From assembly GCA_964035545.1 (NCBI GenBank), contig OZ037772.1, forward strand, positions 1,054,001 to 1,118,000: DNA of 64,000 nucleotides, written 5' to 3'. Shown piece by piece: positions 48,382 to 62,151 of the stretch (position 1 is the first letter of the stretch; every line of letters starts with the position of its first letter). The position numbers and the translations under genes are program-made. The notes below the pieces were generated by a model that was not told the origin of the DNA, did no database searches, and saw nothing but the letters and a program-made list of their open reading frames with translations. Origin of the DNA: Bugula neritina (taxonomy: Eukaryota > Animalia > Bryozoa).

Positions 48382-51300
48382 ATACGATGTAATGGGAACA
48401 TAGGCTTTACATTACTACATTACAATACATACACATGTATAACAGAAGTTGATTAAAATATTTGTATATTCCTATCCTAAAGATTTAAATATTTTTCAAG
48501 TCAGTTGGGTTTTACCTTTTATATGTACACTGTTCAGTGGAATGCTTCTTTTAAACAAAGAAAGTGTTATTTAAACTCATTAATTTTAGTTGCCAAGGGA
48601 GATAAAGTTGCAGATAGTTTCTTTTCCTTTCAGATAAAACGTGTTACATATGCACATGAATATGTTCAACTGATGATAGCAATCAAAATACAAATACCTT
48701 GCAACATAAAATAACACAACACCTGCAAAATACTGCTTACAATAGAATTTGCAGCTCTAACTGTAATATTGAGTCTACCCTGTGGAGTAATGGTAGCAAG
48801 CCAGCGGGTGAAAAGTTTTTAATTGAGTTTTGGGTTTGAAAAGAAATTAGGACTCACCTGCTGACGCTGCCTTGTAGCTCTCCAGAATGCTGCCAGCAGA
48901 GATTCTACACAACTCACACTGCCACAGTATGCAGTCAAATACCTTCCTGCTCCCTACATTGGTTGCTATAAACAGTACAGAGCTACACGTATGAGATAAG
49001 AGTGGACTAACAGAGAGAGAGGGAGAGGGAGGGGGAGAGAGGGGGAGAGAGAGAGAGAGAGAGGGAGAGAGAGAGGACGGATCAACAGTTACTAGCATCT
49101 CAATTTCCCCACACTTCTCACCTGTTCTGTGATTTTCACCTTGACCTCTTCAAACTTGTCATGACTTGGTAACCTGCTGTCTCCACTGTTGGAATCTGGT
49201 CTTATACCCTCACTTTCATTGGACAAGTTGCTAGCTAGTAACGTGCCAGCAGATGGTGTGTTGGTGTTTAATGCTGAGTTATTACTGGTGTTTACTGCTG
49301 ACTAAGAGAGATTCGGCCTCAACTACAAAACATAACAGGATAATCTACAGTACAAGGAGAAGATCTACAGTACAAGGAGAGGTTCTACAGTACAAGGAGA
49401 AGATCTACAGTACAAGGAGAGAATCTACAGTACAGTGAGAGAATCTACAGTACAAGGAGAAGATCTACAGTACAAGGAGAGGATCTACAGTACAAGGAGA
49501 GAATCTACAGTACAAGGAGAGGATCTACAGTACAAGGAGAGGATCTACAGTACAAGGAGAAGATCTACAGTACAAGGAGAGGATCTACAGTACAAGGAGA
49601 GGATCTACAGTACAAGGAGAGGATCTACAGTACAAGGAGAGGATCTACAGTACAAGGAGAGAATCTACAGTACAGGGAGAGAATCTACAGTACAAGGAGA
49701 AGATCTACAGTACAAGGAGATGATCTACAGTACAAGGAGAAGATCTACAGTACAAGGAGAAGATCTACAGTACAAGGAGAGGATCTACAGTACAAGGAGA
49801 GGATCTACAGTACAAGGAGAAGATCTACAGTACAAGGAGAGGATCTACAGTACAAGGAGAGAATCTACAGTACAAGGAGAGGATCTACAGTACGAGGAGA
49901 GGATCTACAGTACAAGGAGGGGATCTACAGTACAAGGAGATGATCTACAGTACAAGGAGAGGATCTACAGTACAAGGAGAGAATCTACAGTACAAGGAGA
50001 AGATCTACAGTACAAGGAGAGAATCTACAGTACAAGGAGAGGATCTACAGTACAAGGAGAGGATCTACAGTACAAGGAGAGGATCTACAGTACAAGGAGA
50101 AGATCTACAGTACAAGGAGGGGATCTACAGTACAAAGAGAGGATCTACAGTACAAGGAGAGGATCTACAGTACAAGGAGAGGATCTACAGTACAAGGAGA
50201 GGATCTACAGTACAAAGAGAAGATCTACAGTACAAGGAGGGGATCTACAGTACAAGGAGAAGATCTACAGTACAAGGAGAGGATCTACAGTACAAGGAGA
50301 GAATCTACAGTATAAGGAGAAGATCTACAGTACAAGGAGAAGATCTACAGTACAAGGAGAGAATCTACAGTACAAGGAGAGGATCTACAGTACAAAGAGA
50401 AGATCTACAGTACAAGGAGAGGATCTACAGTACAAAGAGAAGATCTACAGTACAAGGAGAGGATCTACAGTACAAGGAGAAGATCTACAGTACAAGGAGA
50501 AGATCTACAGTACAAGGAGAAGATCTACAGTACAAGGAAAGAATCTACAGTACAAAGAGAGGATCTACAGTACAAAGAGAAGATCTACAGTACAAGGAGA
50601 AGATCTACAGTACAAGGAGAGGATCTACAGTACAAGGAGGGGATCTAATGTATCTCTTAGCTACAGTCTCACAAGAGAATGGATACTCTACCAGATGTGT
50701 GTATGATATGTGAGTGGTAGATGAACTCACCTGGTCAGTCATTGAAAGTCGAATGAGTTCACTGGATATCACTCCGTCTGTGTCACATAGGAAGTGCTTC
50801 CTCTGAGAGTTCTGGACCTTTGTCTTCGCTCCTATAGCAACAGCAGGGAGACTATTAGTTACTATAGCAACAGCAGGGAGACTATTAGTTACTATAGCAA
50901 CAGCAGTGTAACTAGTAGCTTAACTAACAAATATAAATATACACAGTTATACACAGAGTAGATATAAATATACACAGCTATACACAGAGTATATATAAAT
51001 ATACACAGCAACAGTAAGGGTTGACACCATAATTTAGAATGAAGGAAGATTCTGTTTTCACCTGAAGAAGGTAGAAGCTGTTGGGTGGTCCTGTGTTCAA
51101 TAGATGAAAGATTATCTCGGTATATGGTGTACGCATCATCAGATATGGGAGTGAGTCCTTGGTGGTCACATTTGAAGAGAGAAAGGTTCTGATACTCTGC
51201 GGGATATGTACAGTACATCAATTCAGATATGTACAGATTTGATGGATATAACGGTTTGTCTACTGTGAGCTAGCTAGTCAACTATACTATGTATTGTACA

Positions 51301-51987
51301 GAAAGAAACAATTTCTCTCTCGGATACAATGGCACATATTCAGATATATCTTTATTGTATACTGTGGTGTTACTAACTGGTCAATATTAATACAGTCTCT
51401 GCCCCCACTACTATAAACCACATGTAAAACTAGTAACATTTCTGTCAATATCTATTAATAACATTCTGAGAACAGCATGTATATAAATGATAACTTTTCA
51501 CCAGTAAATATTTCTACTGTAAGAACAGCTCACAGGAAAGCCAGGTTGTCGACTACTGACTCATAATTATCACTAGTTGACTACTAGTAACCATGGTAAC
51601 AACTAACATCTTATTACTAACAAATGTTACTTGCTATCACCTGAATAAGTATCAGAATAAAGGTATAATGTATGAATAATGTTGGCAGACAGCAGCCTAC
51701 CAGTATGTCACTCTTAGTAACTGAGTTAATATATACTGAGAAGTTACAGGGAGATGATACAATCCTTATATCTAATCACTTGTACTAAACGAGGAATAAG
51801 AAAACTTGTGTTCTAGTGTGAACCAAAATCTCTACTTAGCTACAAACATAGCTGATACTCTCCCCTGTTTATATAATAAAATTGTAATCTAAAGAATACA
51901 AACACACTTTTCCTTAGTGGATGTCAGGACTGGACTACTCAAAGCTCTCACCAGTTTCAACTTCTCGGGAGCATTAAGGAACACGGT
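46440..51987 (-). pseudogene. Multi-exon gene of unknown family, probably degenerate (about 11 exons)
   Basis: AG/GT-bounded exons at ~51987-51907, 51198-51062, 50832-50731, 49320-49122, 48965-48859, 48305-48107, 47822-47715, 47363-47248, 46933-46806 and 46671-46440. Stops occur in the 49.2-kb exon and some phases do not match. Confidence 0.55.
49340..50647. repeat. 20-bp minisatellite (ATCTACAGTACAAGGAGAGG)
   Basis: About 65 units, intronic. It produces the 423-aa and 257-aa artefact ORFs. Confidence 0.97.
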
Positions 51988-53644
51988 CTACAAAATACAC
52001 CCACACATATCTAGAACTACCCTCTATATTCACTAAACAGAGTTCCTCAGTCTACTCGGCATGATAGGACAAACCCAGCAGAAAACAAACTCAAGGCTAA
52101 AACAGTTATCTGACTGTGAATCACACATTTTATGTTTCCACATTGCAGAACACATTTAACCAGCACACACTAGGCTAACTACAATCAGCTAGTCTCATGG
52201 TTCTCTCTCATACTACAGAGAGCTAAGTCTATCTAACTGGTGGCCAGCTATAAAGTTCTGAGTATTTATATAGTGTGCCCATGAATTGTTAACAGGGTGG
52301 ACTTAACTTCTTTAACCCCTTCGTCTCCAACTCTCTGTATAATACTTATATTATGGGGCGCAGTAGCTATGTATTTTGTAAATTGAAAAAAAGTATTTAA
52401 ATATACTCCAGTTGCAGTTTTATAATAGATTAGCAGACAACTAGCTAATGTTTAAATGAAAACATTTAATGGCCTACACCAAGCTTGAAAATAATTAGAT
52501 ATAAGCCCACCCCTTGTGCTAGTCACATATTCATATTCATAGCTTAAGTGAGCTGAAGCTCACATTACAGTGGCTGATCATCACCACACACATTCTCACA
52601 CTGTTCTCATAAACTGCAGAGTCGTAAATATGTTCTCCTTCACATTGGTACTTGAACTCGTACTGAAAGTGTTGCTCATAACTGTTCATATTGACACTGA
52701 CATTATGAAGTTAGTAATGATATTTCATTTTCAATAGTAGGGCTTTTAGATGGTATTGATTCATCCACAATGAGAAATACTTGCAAATGTTGATAAATTA
52801 CTTTATGATTGAATTGGTGAGTTATAATGTGTATCATTCAAATGTGAACACTGAACATGATCTGGTCACCTTGATTACCTCATATTGATTCATCGCAATT
52901 GTCAGTATAATTGTGCCATAGAGAATTCTATTAAGTTTGAAAATTGACATTCAGTTTCACATTGATCATTCAGTGATCCATGCTTAGTGTCACATTGGCC
53001 TTTAGGCTTAAAGCAACGAAATCTAACAGTAACACTATCTATAAGTATATTTATATTATTATCAAGTATTAGCATTATGACATAAAATTAAACTTAAAGC
53101 CTGTCAGTTATAGTGTCTATGAAATTAAATTCCAAAAATAAAAAAAAAACAAAAATAACAACTTTTATTCACGCTTCAACTTTTAAAACGAAGACTAAGT
53201 TAAACCCAACGAGGTAAGAGATGATCATTTAATCAGTTGATCACAATGCCTAGTATGTTATCACATTCACGCAAACTTTCACTGTGAATCACAATGATTA
53301 TGAGTATGATTTAATGAGTATCAGTATGGCAATCCCAACGACAATAAGTATAACTGTGAGTGTCAGTGTGAGTGACTGACTGAGTGTGACTGATAAGAGC
53401 CAGGCCAATGCCAGGGGCAATCGCAATCACAATCGGTATGACTGAATCACTATCAGTATAAGTATTACAATCACAAAGTCAAATGACAATGCCAATAGCA
53501 CTATCAATATCATATTGAATTGAATTTTGAATATCAAATAGCACCCTCTTACTATTAGTATTAGAGTATTACTATTAGTATACTATTAGTATTACTATTA
53601 GTATTACTATTAGTATTAGTAGTAGTATTAGTATTACTATTAGT

Positions 53645-55281
53645 ATTAGTATTACTTACAACTTGCTTATGCAAGAGAATTAAATCTTTAAAGCGTAGCA
53701 TCCTTTTCAAGCAAAATAAGGATAATAAGTTTCGTCAAATTGAGTTAAAAACTACAACTTATAAGTCACAAGTATAAAGCAACTCATGCTCAGTCATCAC
53801 TAATCCTAGTGGGTACGGCAAGCACATAGCATAATTTATTTTACAATGCGACAAGATTATCTAGACGGTGCGCTTTACGCTTTTCAGTGTCCAATTTTAT
53901 GGTTTTTATGACTTTAAAATCCGTTTTTGAGAAGCAAGGCTAGATAGAAATGAATGATCGATGTTGACTCGCTAAGAGTACTCATGTAAACCCGCAAACT
54001 ACAACTTTTAACTTGACCGCAAAGCTGGAAGTACGATAAGCCTCGCCGTATTGATTGTAGGCGAATTTTAGTTTATTTCTTTCAAATTGCTGAGAAGTAA
54101 TATTTGTTTCCATTTTATGTCTCAGTCTGTATCAGCCATCAGGGGTATCACGATACAATTATAAATGTTCTTAATTCAATCAATATTATGAATTAATAAA
54201 TGTAGAAGATTCAATTTCGACTATATAAAATAATACCAATCTGAATAAGTATTATTGTAACACTTGCACTTCCGAAGTGATGACTTCGTCTTACTCTTAC
54301 TCTTACTCTTACTCTTAGTCTTACTCTTAGTCTAAGTCAGATAACATACTCATACTGATACCCATACTCATACTGAGTCATAGTGATAGTCTTTGTCAGA
54401 TAAAGATTATTGCCAGATAACTTAAGCTAATACTAGTACCACTACTAGTACTAGTAGTAGTACTAATACTAATGCTAATAGTAATAGTAATAGTGACAGT
54501 ACTAATACTAATAGTAATAGTAATACTAATGCTACTAGTACTACTAGTAGTAGTAGCAGTAGTGCTAGTAGTAGTACTAGTAGGCTACATGATAATGATC
54601 ATTATGATTATGATTATGGAGATGGTTATTACTATAACTATCAAGGTATGAGTATAACTATAAGTATTAGTATTTGAGTTCATTTTGCATTACTAATTGA
54701 GACCATGCTTTAAAATTAACTGTTTCTTTCTTTTCTAAGTTACATTTCAAGTTGCACACTAATAGACATATAATTATATGCTTTCAAATCTTTTGGTCTA
54801 TCTTTAAGTTGTGAAAGTTGACCAGTATGACTACGACTAACTGTAACTAGAATAAAGAATTTGATGATAGAGAAGTTCCATACAGTTACACCTCCTTTGA
54901 CTCGTGCTACCGTTGGTAGTGATAAAAGAGTGGAGCCAAAGAAGAGCATAATCACAGAATTCACAGCCTGCTGGTTTGAGCTTTTTGTGGTCCAGAGATT
55001 GTACTGGGTTACAGGGATCTTTTTCCCCGTCTGTGAATTTTTGATCCCTGCGGTTGTTTCTGACTGTGGGTAGTTGGAGGTGTTGAGGAAGTGGGCTCAC
55101 TTGGTAGGCTATATTATTGTAATCATATTAACCAACTTGACAGTTTACTAATTCATTGTCTAACTCTGTCTGTCTCTGACTAGTAACACTATAATTATTT
55201 ATTTATTTACTTATTAATTTATTTATTTGACTAAATCTTGTCTGTCTTTGTCTAGTAACACTATTTATTTATTTATTTACT
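53645..55281. repeat. ~1.6-kb duplicated block, copy B
   Basis: Colinear with 12816-14467 and preceded by the same TATTAG/TACTATTAG microsatellite, without a Gypsy insertion. Confidence 0.92.
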
Positions 55282-55289
55282 TCCTACTC

Positions 55290-58200
55290 CTTAGAGTTAA
55301 TATTTACTAAAATTATCTGATAAAAAATTAAAACCTGAACCTGTCTTCGAATATTTTCGAAAAAAAATAATATGACGATACCTAAAAGGTCGGACTCAAC
55401 CTCAAGGACTAACTCATCAACAGCTAAATGCACCCAGAGGCAGTGCTATACTTAATTCTACCCCAGGACTTACCGTGCCTCAGGCAGTGTGTGAAAAATG
55501 TACTAAAATAATAGATAATGAAGATGAAGGTACCCTGTCAATTGAGCGTGAAACTTGTCTCACTTGGTTTCATTTAGACTGTACTGATCTTATAAAGCAT
55601 GACCTAAACACCATTACGAAGAAGAGTATTCATTGGTTTTGTGACCAATATGAAGCTGTGGCATCCCCAAATTTCATAACCAGACTTCAAGCTGTTGAAT
55701 CCTACATTGAAAAAAGTTATGTTCAAGTAATGGATTCATTTAATAATCGCATGACTGCTGTGGAATCTCAACTAACTAGCTTATTTGAGAATCATGTTTC
55801 CAGAAGTGAGAAAACATTTGCTTCGGTAGTTGCAAGACTGGAAGACTCCACTACAACAATAAATAGGCAACTAAAAAACCAAGAAGTTTAAATTAAATCT
55901 ACCAAAACAAAGACTTCTAGTGAAAGCAGAGCTAAAAATATCATAGTTTTTAGAATTTCCGAGGAACACGACTATAGTGAACTAGGCTTTGAGTTGAGCA
56001 TTAACTCTTCACGGATGTTCTTTATTATGTTTTATTATACTTCTATTGACATCCTATTGACATCGTCAAGACTACCATTATTGCAATTCAAACTTACATG
56101 ATCAGGATAAACATAAATAAACAATAAACAAAAAAGGAAACAATATAATTAATGTAAATAACTTACTTATTTTGCTCTCTTAAAATTACACCAGTTCACT
56201 AGCACCAACTATTGCCAAGTGCCAGAGTTAGCACTGGCTGTGCTGTAGAAAGCTTTTCTTAGCGTAGCTAAAATAGCTTAGCAAACTAGCGCTAATTTCA
56301 CTACAACGACACTACTTTAGATGAATCCATAGGTAAACTCTCAGAAGTTTTAGATTCATGTAGTCTCAGATTTCACACATCAAGAGACAATGCCGCAAGA
56401 TTAGGACAAGAAAAGTTGACAAGATTAGACCCACGAGACTAACATTAGCTTCAGAAGTTCAAAAATGGGAATTTCTAAAACGAATCAACGATCAGAAAAT
56501 AGAAGGAGTCTTTGCGCGTCTTGACTGGAATGAAAAGGAACAAGAAAAATATTTTCAACTGAGAAGCGAGCTTAGGGAATTGAGGCAGAAAAATCCAGAA
56601 AACAAGTATAAGATAACAAACGGGAAGATAATAATCGAAGAATATTATCTGTAAATGCAAGATCAGTAAGGGGGAAAATATCGGAGACTCAAACCCTATC
56701 CGTTGAATACAATATCATTTGTATTACTGAAACACACCTAGATAATGCATTTTTGAATTCTCAACTGTTTTCTCCCAAGGATAAAGTAGTATATAGAAAA
56801 AACCGTGACTCACACGGAGGTGGTGTATTGATTGCCATAAATGTAGGAATTCCCCATAAGCTAATCAGGTGTGAAACAGAAGCAGAAGTAATCACAGTAT
56901 GTTTTAGATGGGATAGCAAGGAATATTGCAATCTTACTTGCTATTATAGACCCCCTTCTTCACGTGTTATGAACTTATTCTTTGAGTACATGGAAAATAT
57001 TCACACTAAATACTCATAACTGGTGAATTTAACCTTCCAGGAATCAATTAAGGAAAATACTGGTCTTTCAACTTGTTGGAGGATATACTATACTGACTTT
57101 TGTGATTTTCTAACTGATAATCATTTTGAACAACTTGTTCATAAATATACGCACGTAGCAGGCAATATATTAGATCTCATCTGTACTGACTTGTCATATA
57201 AAGTTTAAAGCACAAATATAATAACACCGGGTATTAGCGACCATTCCATGATAGAAACGGTCTTGACTGGTAAAGTTGAACAGAAGAAGAAACCACCTAT
57301 CCCCCCCCCCCCCCCCCCATCAAGCTATTTCACAAAATCGAGTTTCGAACTCGGCGGGTTTACAGCTGGTCTAGACGAGTTGCTTTATACTATTAAAAAC
57401 AAAGTGATGCTGAAATATGATATTAATGTTATATGGAATACATTTCAGACTGAATTACATATACTTGTTGATTCATATGTCCCAATTAAACAACGTAAGC
57501 CTATAAATCTGCATGAGCCTTTCTGGTTTAATGATGAAGCCAGACGGGCATGTTAGAAACAGCGAAAGTTCTACAACCGCTTTCACAAGTCTGGTGATAC
57601 TGATCACTTGGCTAAATATAAAGAGTTACGTCGCCATAATGAAAAATTATTTAGGAAGCTAAAAGCATCTTTTCTGGTGAATCGTCTATACCAACCTCTT
57701 TCCAGTGGCTACACAAAACTGTTTTACAAATATGTTAAAGACCTAAAAGGGAATGATAATGAGATTACTTCCATAGAAAATAACGATGCTATTTTGATGC
57801 ACAATAAAACTAAGATATCTAACACTCTGAATGGGTTTTTCTACAGTGTGATTACCACCTTTACCAGAATTACCATCAGTCACTGAGAAAGATAATATAG
57901 TGGTAACTAAAGAAGGAGCTTTAAACCTGCTGAGACAACTTGTGCAAGGTAAAGCTCCTGGAGTAGATGAATTCACAAAGAACTATCTCACAGTAGACTT
58001 GGATCGAACAGCAGAAATACTGGTGTGTATTTTCAATCATTCACTCAGTACAGGAATAGTGCCGGATGACTGGAAGACTGCAAATGTAACACCTGTGTTT
58101 AAACAGGGTAACCGCACTCTAGCTTCCAACTATTGACCAGTATCACTAACGTGCATTTGTTGTAAAATTCTTGAACATGTGGTTCTGCATCATTTAAACA

Positions 58201-59468
58201 TACAATTGGAAAATTTCATACATGAAAGCCAACATGGTTTTCGCCGCAACTTTTTATGTGTAACTCAGCTTGCTACTGTCAACCATGATATATTAAGGCA
58301 TATAGATAAAGGACATTTTGTAGATGCAGTTGTGCTGGATTTTTCTAAAGCCTTTGATGTAATTGACCATCATATTCTTGTAAGCAAAATGATATTGTTA
58401 AAAAAATAAACCCCTGTATTATCTGATAAGTTTCATCATTTTTAACTGGACGCTCACAATGAGTGGTCATTGATGGGGTATCTTCGGATTTAACACCAGT
58501 GACTTCCGGGGTTCCACAAGGAAGTGTGCTGGGTCCAACATTATTCGTTTTGTTTATTAATGACATTGTAAACTGCGTTACACACAGTACAATCAGACTT
58601 TTTGCTCATGACACTTTTGTCTATCTGCCCATTACTGATGCAAATGACCATCATAAACTACAGGGAGATCTCTAGACTTTATAGGTGGGCAAAAGAAAAC
58701 AATATGAAGTTTAACTCAAAGAAAAGTAATGTCATCACCTTTGGTAAGAAAACAGAAAATATGGAAAATGTCTTCACTTATAAATTAGGAAAAGATCCCC
58801 TGAATAGAGTTGGAGTTGTAAAATACCGTGGGATATTGCTATCAGCAGACTTGAAATGGAATAAGCATGTCGAAAACGCCATATCAAAGGCATACAGAGT
58901 ATTAGGATTAATCAAACTCACACTAGGAAATGCCCTAGAAAATGTAATAAGTCTTGCATAAAATTTATAAGTCTTGCATAAAAAAACTTTTGGTAGACCT
59001 CTCCTGGAATATGCTGCGGAAGTATAGGACCCGACCAATTAACATCTAATAACAAAATTAGAAGTTACTCAAAATAGGGCTATACGGTTAATTAAAAATT
59101 TAAAGGGTAGAAAAGTATTGATAACAGCTGCCAAATTTGACCAAGGCCTGGAAACATTAAGAAATCGCAGACAATCACAAAGAATTTCTTTGTTTTGTCG
59201 CATTACTGCTAATGATGATTTATTTCCAACCTTAAATAACACACTTAAATCAATGAAATCCTCAACCCATGACATGAATACCCGTATTAAGACTTTCAAT
59301 GCTATAGCCTGCGATTGGAGCCTGTACCTGCAGGGTTTCCTGGTGCGCACTGTCCGGGAGCTCCATACGGGGGAGATAGTAGCGGATTTCTGAGCCTGGA
59401 TAGATCCGAGAATCCCACAATTACTTTCTCCGAGAGGTCTTGGGACTTAACCCAATCAAGATCAAGAT
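55290..59468 (+). mobile_element. Near full-length degenerate LINE (CR1/L2 group): PHD-ORF1 plus APE endonuclease-RT ORF2
   Basis: ORF1 CEKC...WFHLDC...WFC. Endonuclease NARS / ITETHL / GGGVLIA / YRPP / ILDL / SDH. RT GKAPGVDE, WKTANVTPVFK, QHGFR, LDFSKAFD, SGVPQGSVLGP. Tail (ATCAAG)n. Many stops. Confidence 0.92.
55973..56305. mobile_element. Solo LTR (333 bp) nested in LINE ORF1
   Basis: Termini TATAGTGAA...TTCACTACA (inverted, one mismatch from TG..CA) and a 5-bp TSD ACGAC at 55968-55972 and 56306-56310. Removing it restores ORF1 EEHD|TTLDES. Confidence 0.85.
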
Positions 59469-60193
59469 AACATTAACTAAAAGTTCACTGTGATTGTGTA
59501 GATATCTTGATGTGTTTATCATGATTATCAATATCACTCGTTATTCATTATCATTGTGATTATCATTTAAGTTTAAGTGATTTACTTTTAGTTTTAGTTC
59601 AACACTTACAGTGAATGGGACTCAGACTGCAAATCAAATTTAAATTATTCATATTGACGTTGCAGTTTAATTTTATTTTGAAACTTGAAAATTAAAATTA
59701 ATTTTAGTTTGTTCAAACAATTAAAATTATATTAATTATTGTAATGATCATAATCATAGTCATAACGTTAACTCATATTGCAATAGACATTGATAGTAAT
59801 ACTAAACTTTGGTCTTTTGCTTTTCAAACTTGCAGGTAGAAACAATTTTAAATGAGTATTAGTATGTTGAATACTGGTGATCATATGGGCAAAATGATGA
59901 TAGTTCTTACTTGCAATTCATTTGTTTGTTTGATTATGAATTTGTATGTTCAGTAAATTTTATGTATTTCTAGGTATTGCATACTCTAGCAATAATAACT
60001 TTTATTCTGTAAATGGATGTATAATAATGTTAAGGTGACTATAGTTTTATATGATTGTCTATAAAATACTCTTTTAGCATTAGTATTCTTGATGTATCAT
60101 TAGTGTTACTAAAAACAATGTTTAGGCTTAAAATCAATACTATTGTCATAATTCAAATTTATTTGTTGTGTTTGTTTTTCGAAATTTTGTTAG

Positions 60194-60921
60194 TTCTGAA
60201 ACCAGGACCAACCACTACTACTACTACTACTACCACCACTACTACTACTACTACTGCTACTACTACTACTACTACTACTACTACTCCCACTACTACTACT
60301 ACTACTACCACTACTACAACCACTACTACTACCACTACTACTACTACTCCCACTACTACTACTACTACTACCACTACTACAACCACTACTACTACCGCTA
60401 CTACTACTACTACCACTACTACTACCACTACTACTACTACTACTACCACTACTACTACTACCACTACTACTACTCCTTCAACTACTACTACTACAGCTGC
60501 TACTACTACTAATACTACTACTACTACTACTATGGCTGCTACTACTACTACTACTACCACTACTACTACTACTACTACCACTACTACAACCACTACTACT
60601 ACCACTACTACTACTACTCCCACTACTACTACTACTACTACCACTACTACAACCACTACTACTACCGCTACTACTACTACTACCACTACTACTACCACTA
60701 CTACTACTACTACTACCACTACTACTACTACCACTACTACTACTCCTTCAACTACTACTACTACAGCTGCTACTACTACTAATACTACTACTACTACTAC
60801 TATGGCTGCTACTACTACTACTACTACCACTACCACCGCCCCCACCACCACCCGCTGCTACTCCAACTGCCGAACCAACAACAACTAAAATGTTTGTCAA
60901 TTCCAGAACCCTCGACTTCAG
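60194..60921 (+). repeat. (ACT)n Thr-rich, mucin-like probable exon with a 270-bp higher-order duplication
   Basis: Acceptor TTGTTAG, then LKPGP(T)n with codon-like P/A/S interruptions. Unique landmarks recur at +270 (60471/60741, 60531/60801). Confidence 0.6.
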
Positions 60922-61329
60922 TATGAAATTCCCATAACTTGGTGGCCATGTTGCAATTTAGAGTAACTATAACTTTGAGATTGTAAGCTAAAATCTACAC
61001 AATATGTTCTTTAAAATTGTACTCTGCTTGTCACCAATTTCAATATTAACTAATTATTTGTTTTCTTAACTTAACTTCCAGAATTTTCTTCTAACCTATC
61101 CAATCTATAGTATAACACTAAATCCTCACTTCCTTTCTATATAACCCTAGATTATATTAGCTCAGTATAAATTTGTAGGCTCAGTTCCTTGGAATATAGT
61201 GTTTTATGGTTAATTCAACTTAGCATGTAATGCACCGTCTGCTAATTTTTAGATATGCGAGACATTTTTAGAGGTGTGAGCTATGATCAAAAAGTCAATC
61301 TTTTTTTACTTTGTTCTCTGCTATTCTTT

Positions 61330-61535
61330 CACCATATTCTACACTATTTTACCTTATTCTTGCACACCATTTTTTACATTACATTACATTCTTATTTGTT
61401 ACACCACATTCTACCTTATTCTACATTATTCTTGCACCATATTCTACCTTATCTTCACACCATATTCTACCTTATTCTTACACCATATTCTACCTTATTC
61501 TTACACCATATTCTACATTATTCTTACACCATATT
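61330..61535. repeat. ~23-bp minisatellite (ACCATATTCTACCTTATTCTTAC)
   Basis: About 8 degenerate units. Confidence 0.85.
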
Positions 61536-62151
61536 TTATTCAAGTGTTGGATGCTTGGGGAAAGCCACCGACCGGATTTTATGGGTTTTTAGTGTATAAG
61601 TGCTTTCTGACTCTCATAAGTTTGTATAATACAAGAACCCAGGAGAATCACTGAATTGGTATAACATAGAGATATGTTCATCAGAAATGTACATGGTGTA
61701 GCAGTGCAGCCCAATGAAGTCATTCTAGAAAATTAAATGATGTTCTTTTAGACATTGCTCTGTAGAACTCAGACTGAGCATGTGACATCCAGGTTCCGAG
61801 TGTATTACCATAAGTGGTGGAGAGGAAGGAGGTTGTTGGTGTACAGGGGGTACTCACTACTACAACCGAGCTTGTGTACCTGACATGACTAGTAAGTGTG
61901 TATCTACAGACAAGCAGAGTGACAGATGAACTGACTGACTGACTGACTGACTGACTGACTGACTGACTGACTGACTCACTCACTGGCTGACTCACTGACT
62001 GACTGACAGATAAACAGATAAGCAGATAAACAGATAGGTAAATAATGCTCCTTTAGACATTGCTCTGCAGAAGTCAGAGTGAGCATGTGACATCCATTCT
62101 AATAATAGACAGGATGTTCAGGGGCAGACAACTTTCACATTATCATTGCAG

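Noticed and set aside
49435-50713. 423-aa and 257-aa ORFs
   Set aside because: They are translations of a stop-free 20-bp minisatellite inside an intron of the minus-strand gene.
60159-60851. Poly-Val (minus strand) and poly-Tyr ORFs
   Set aside because: They are alternative frames of the (ACT)n tract; the interruptions make sense only in the Thr frame.
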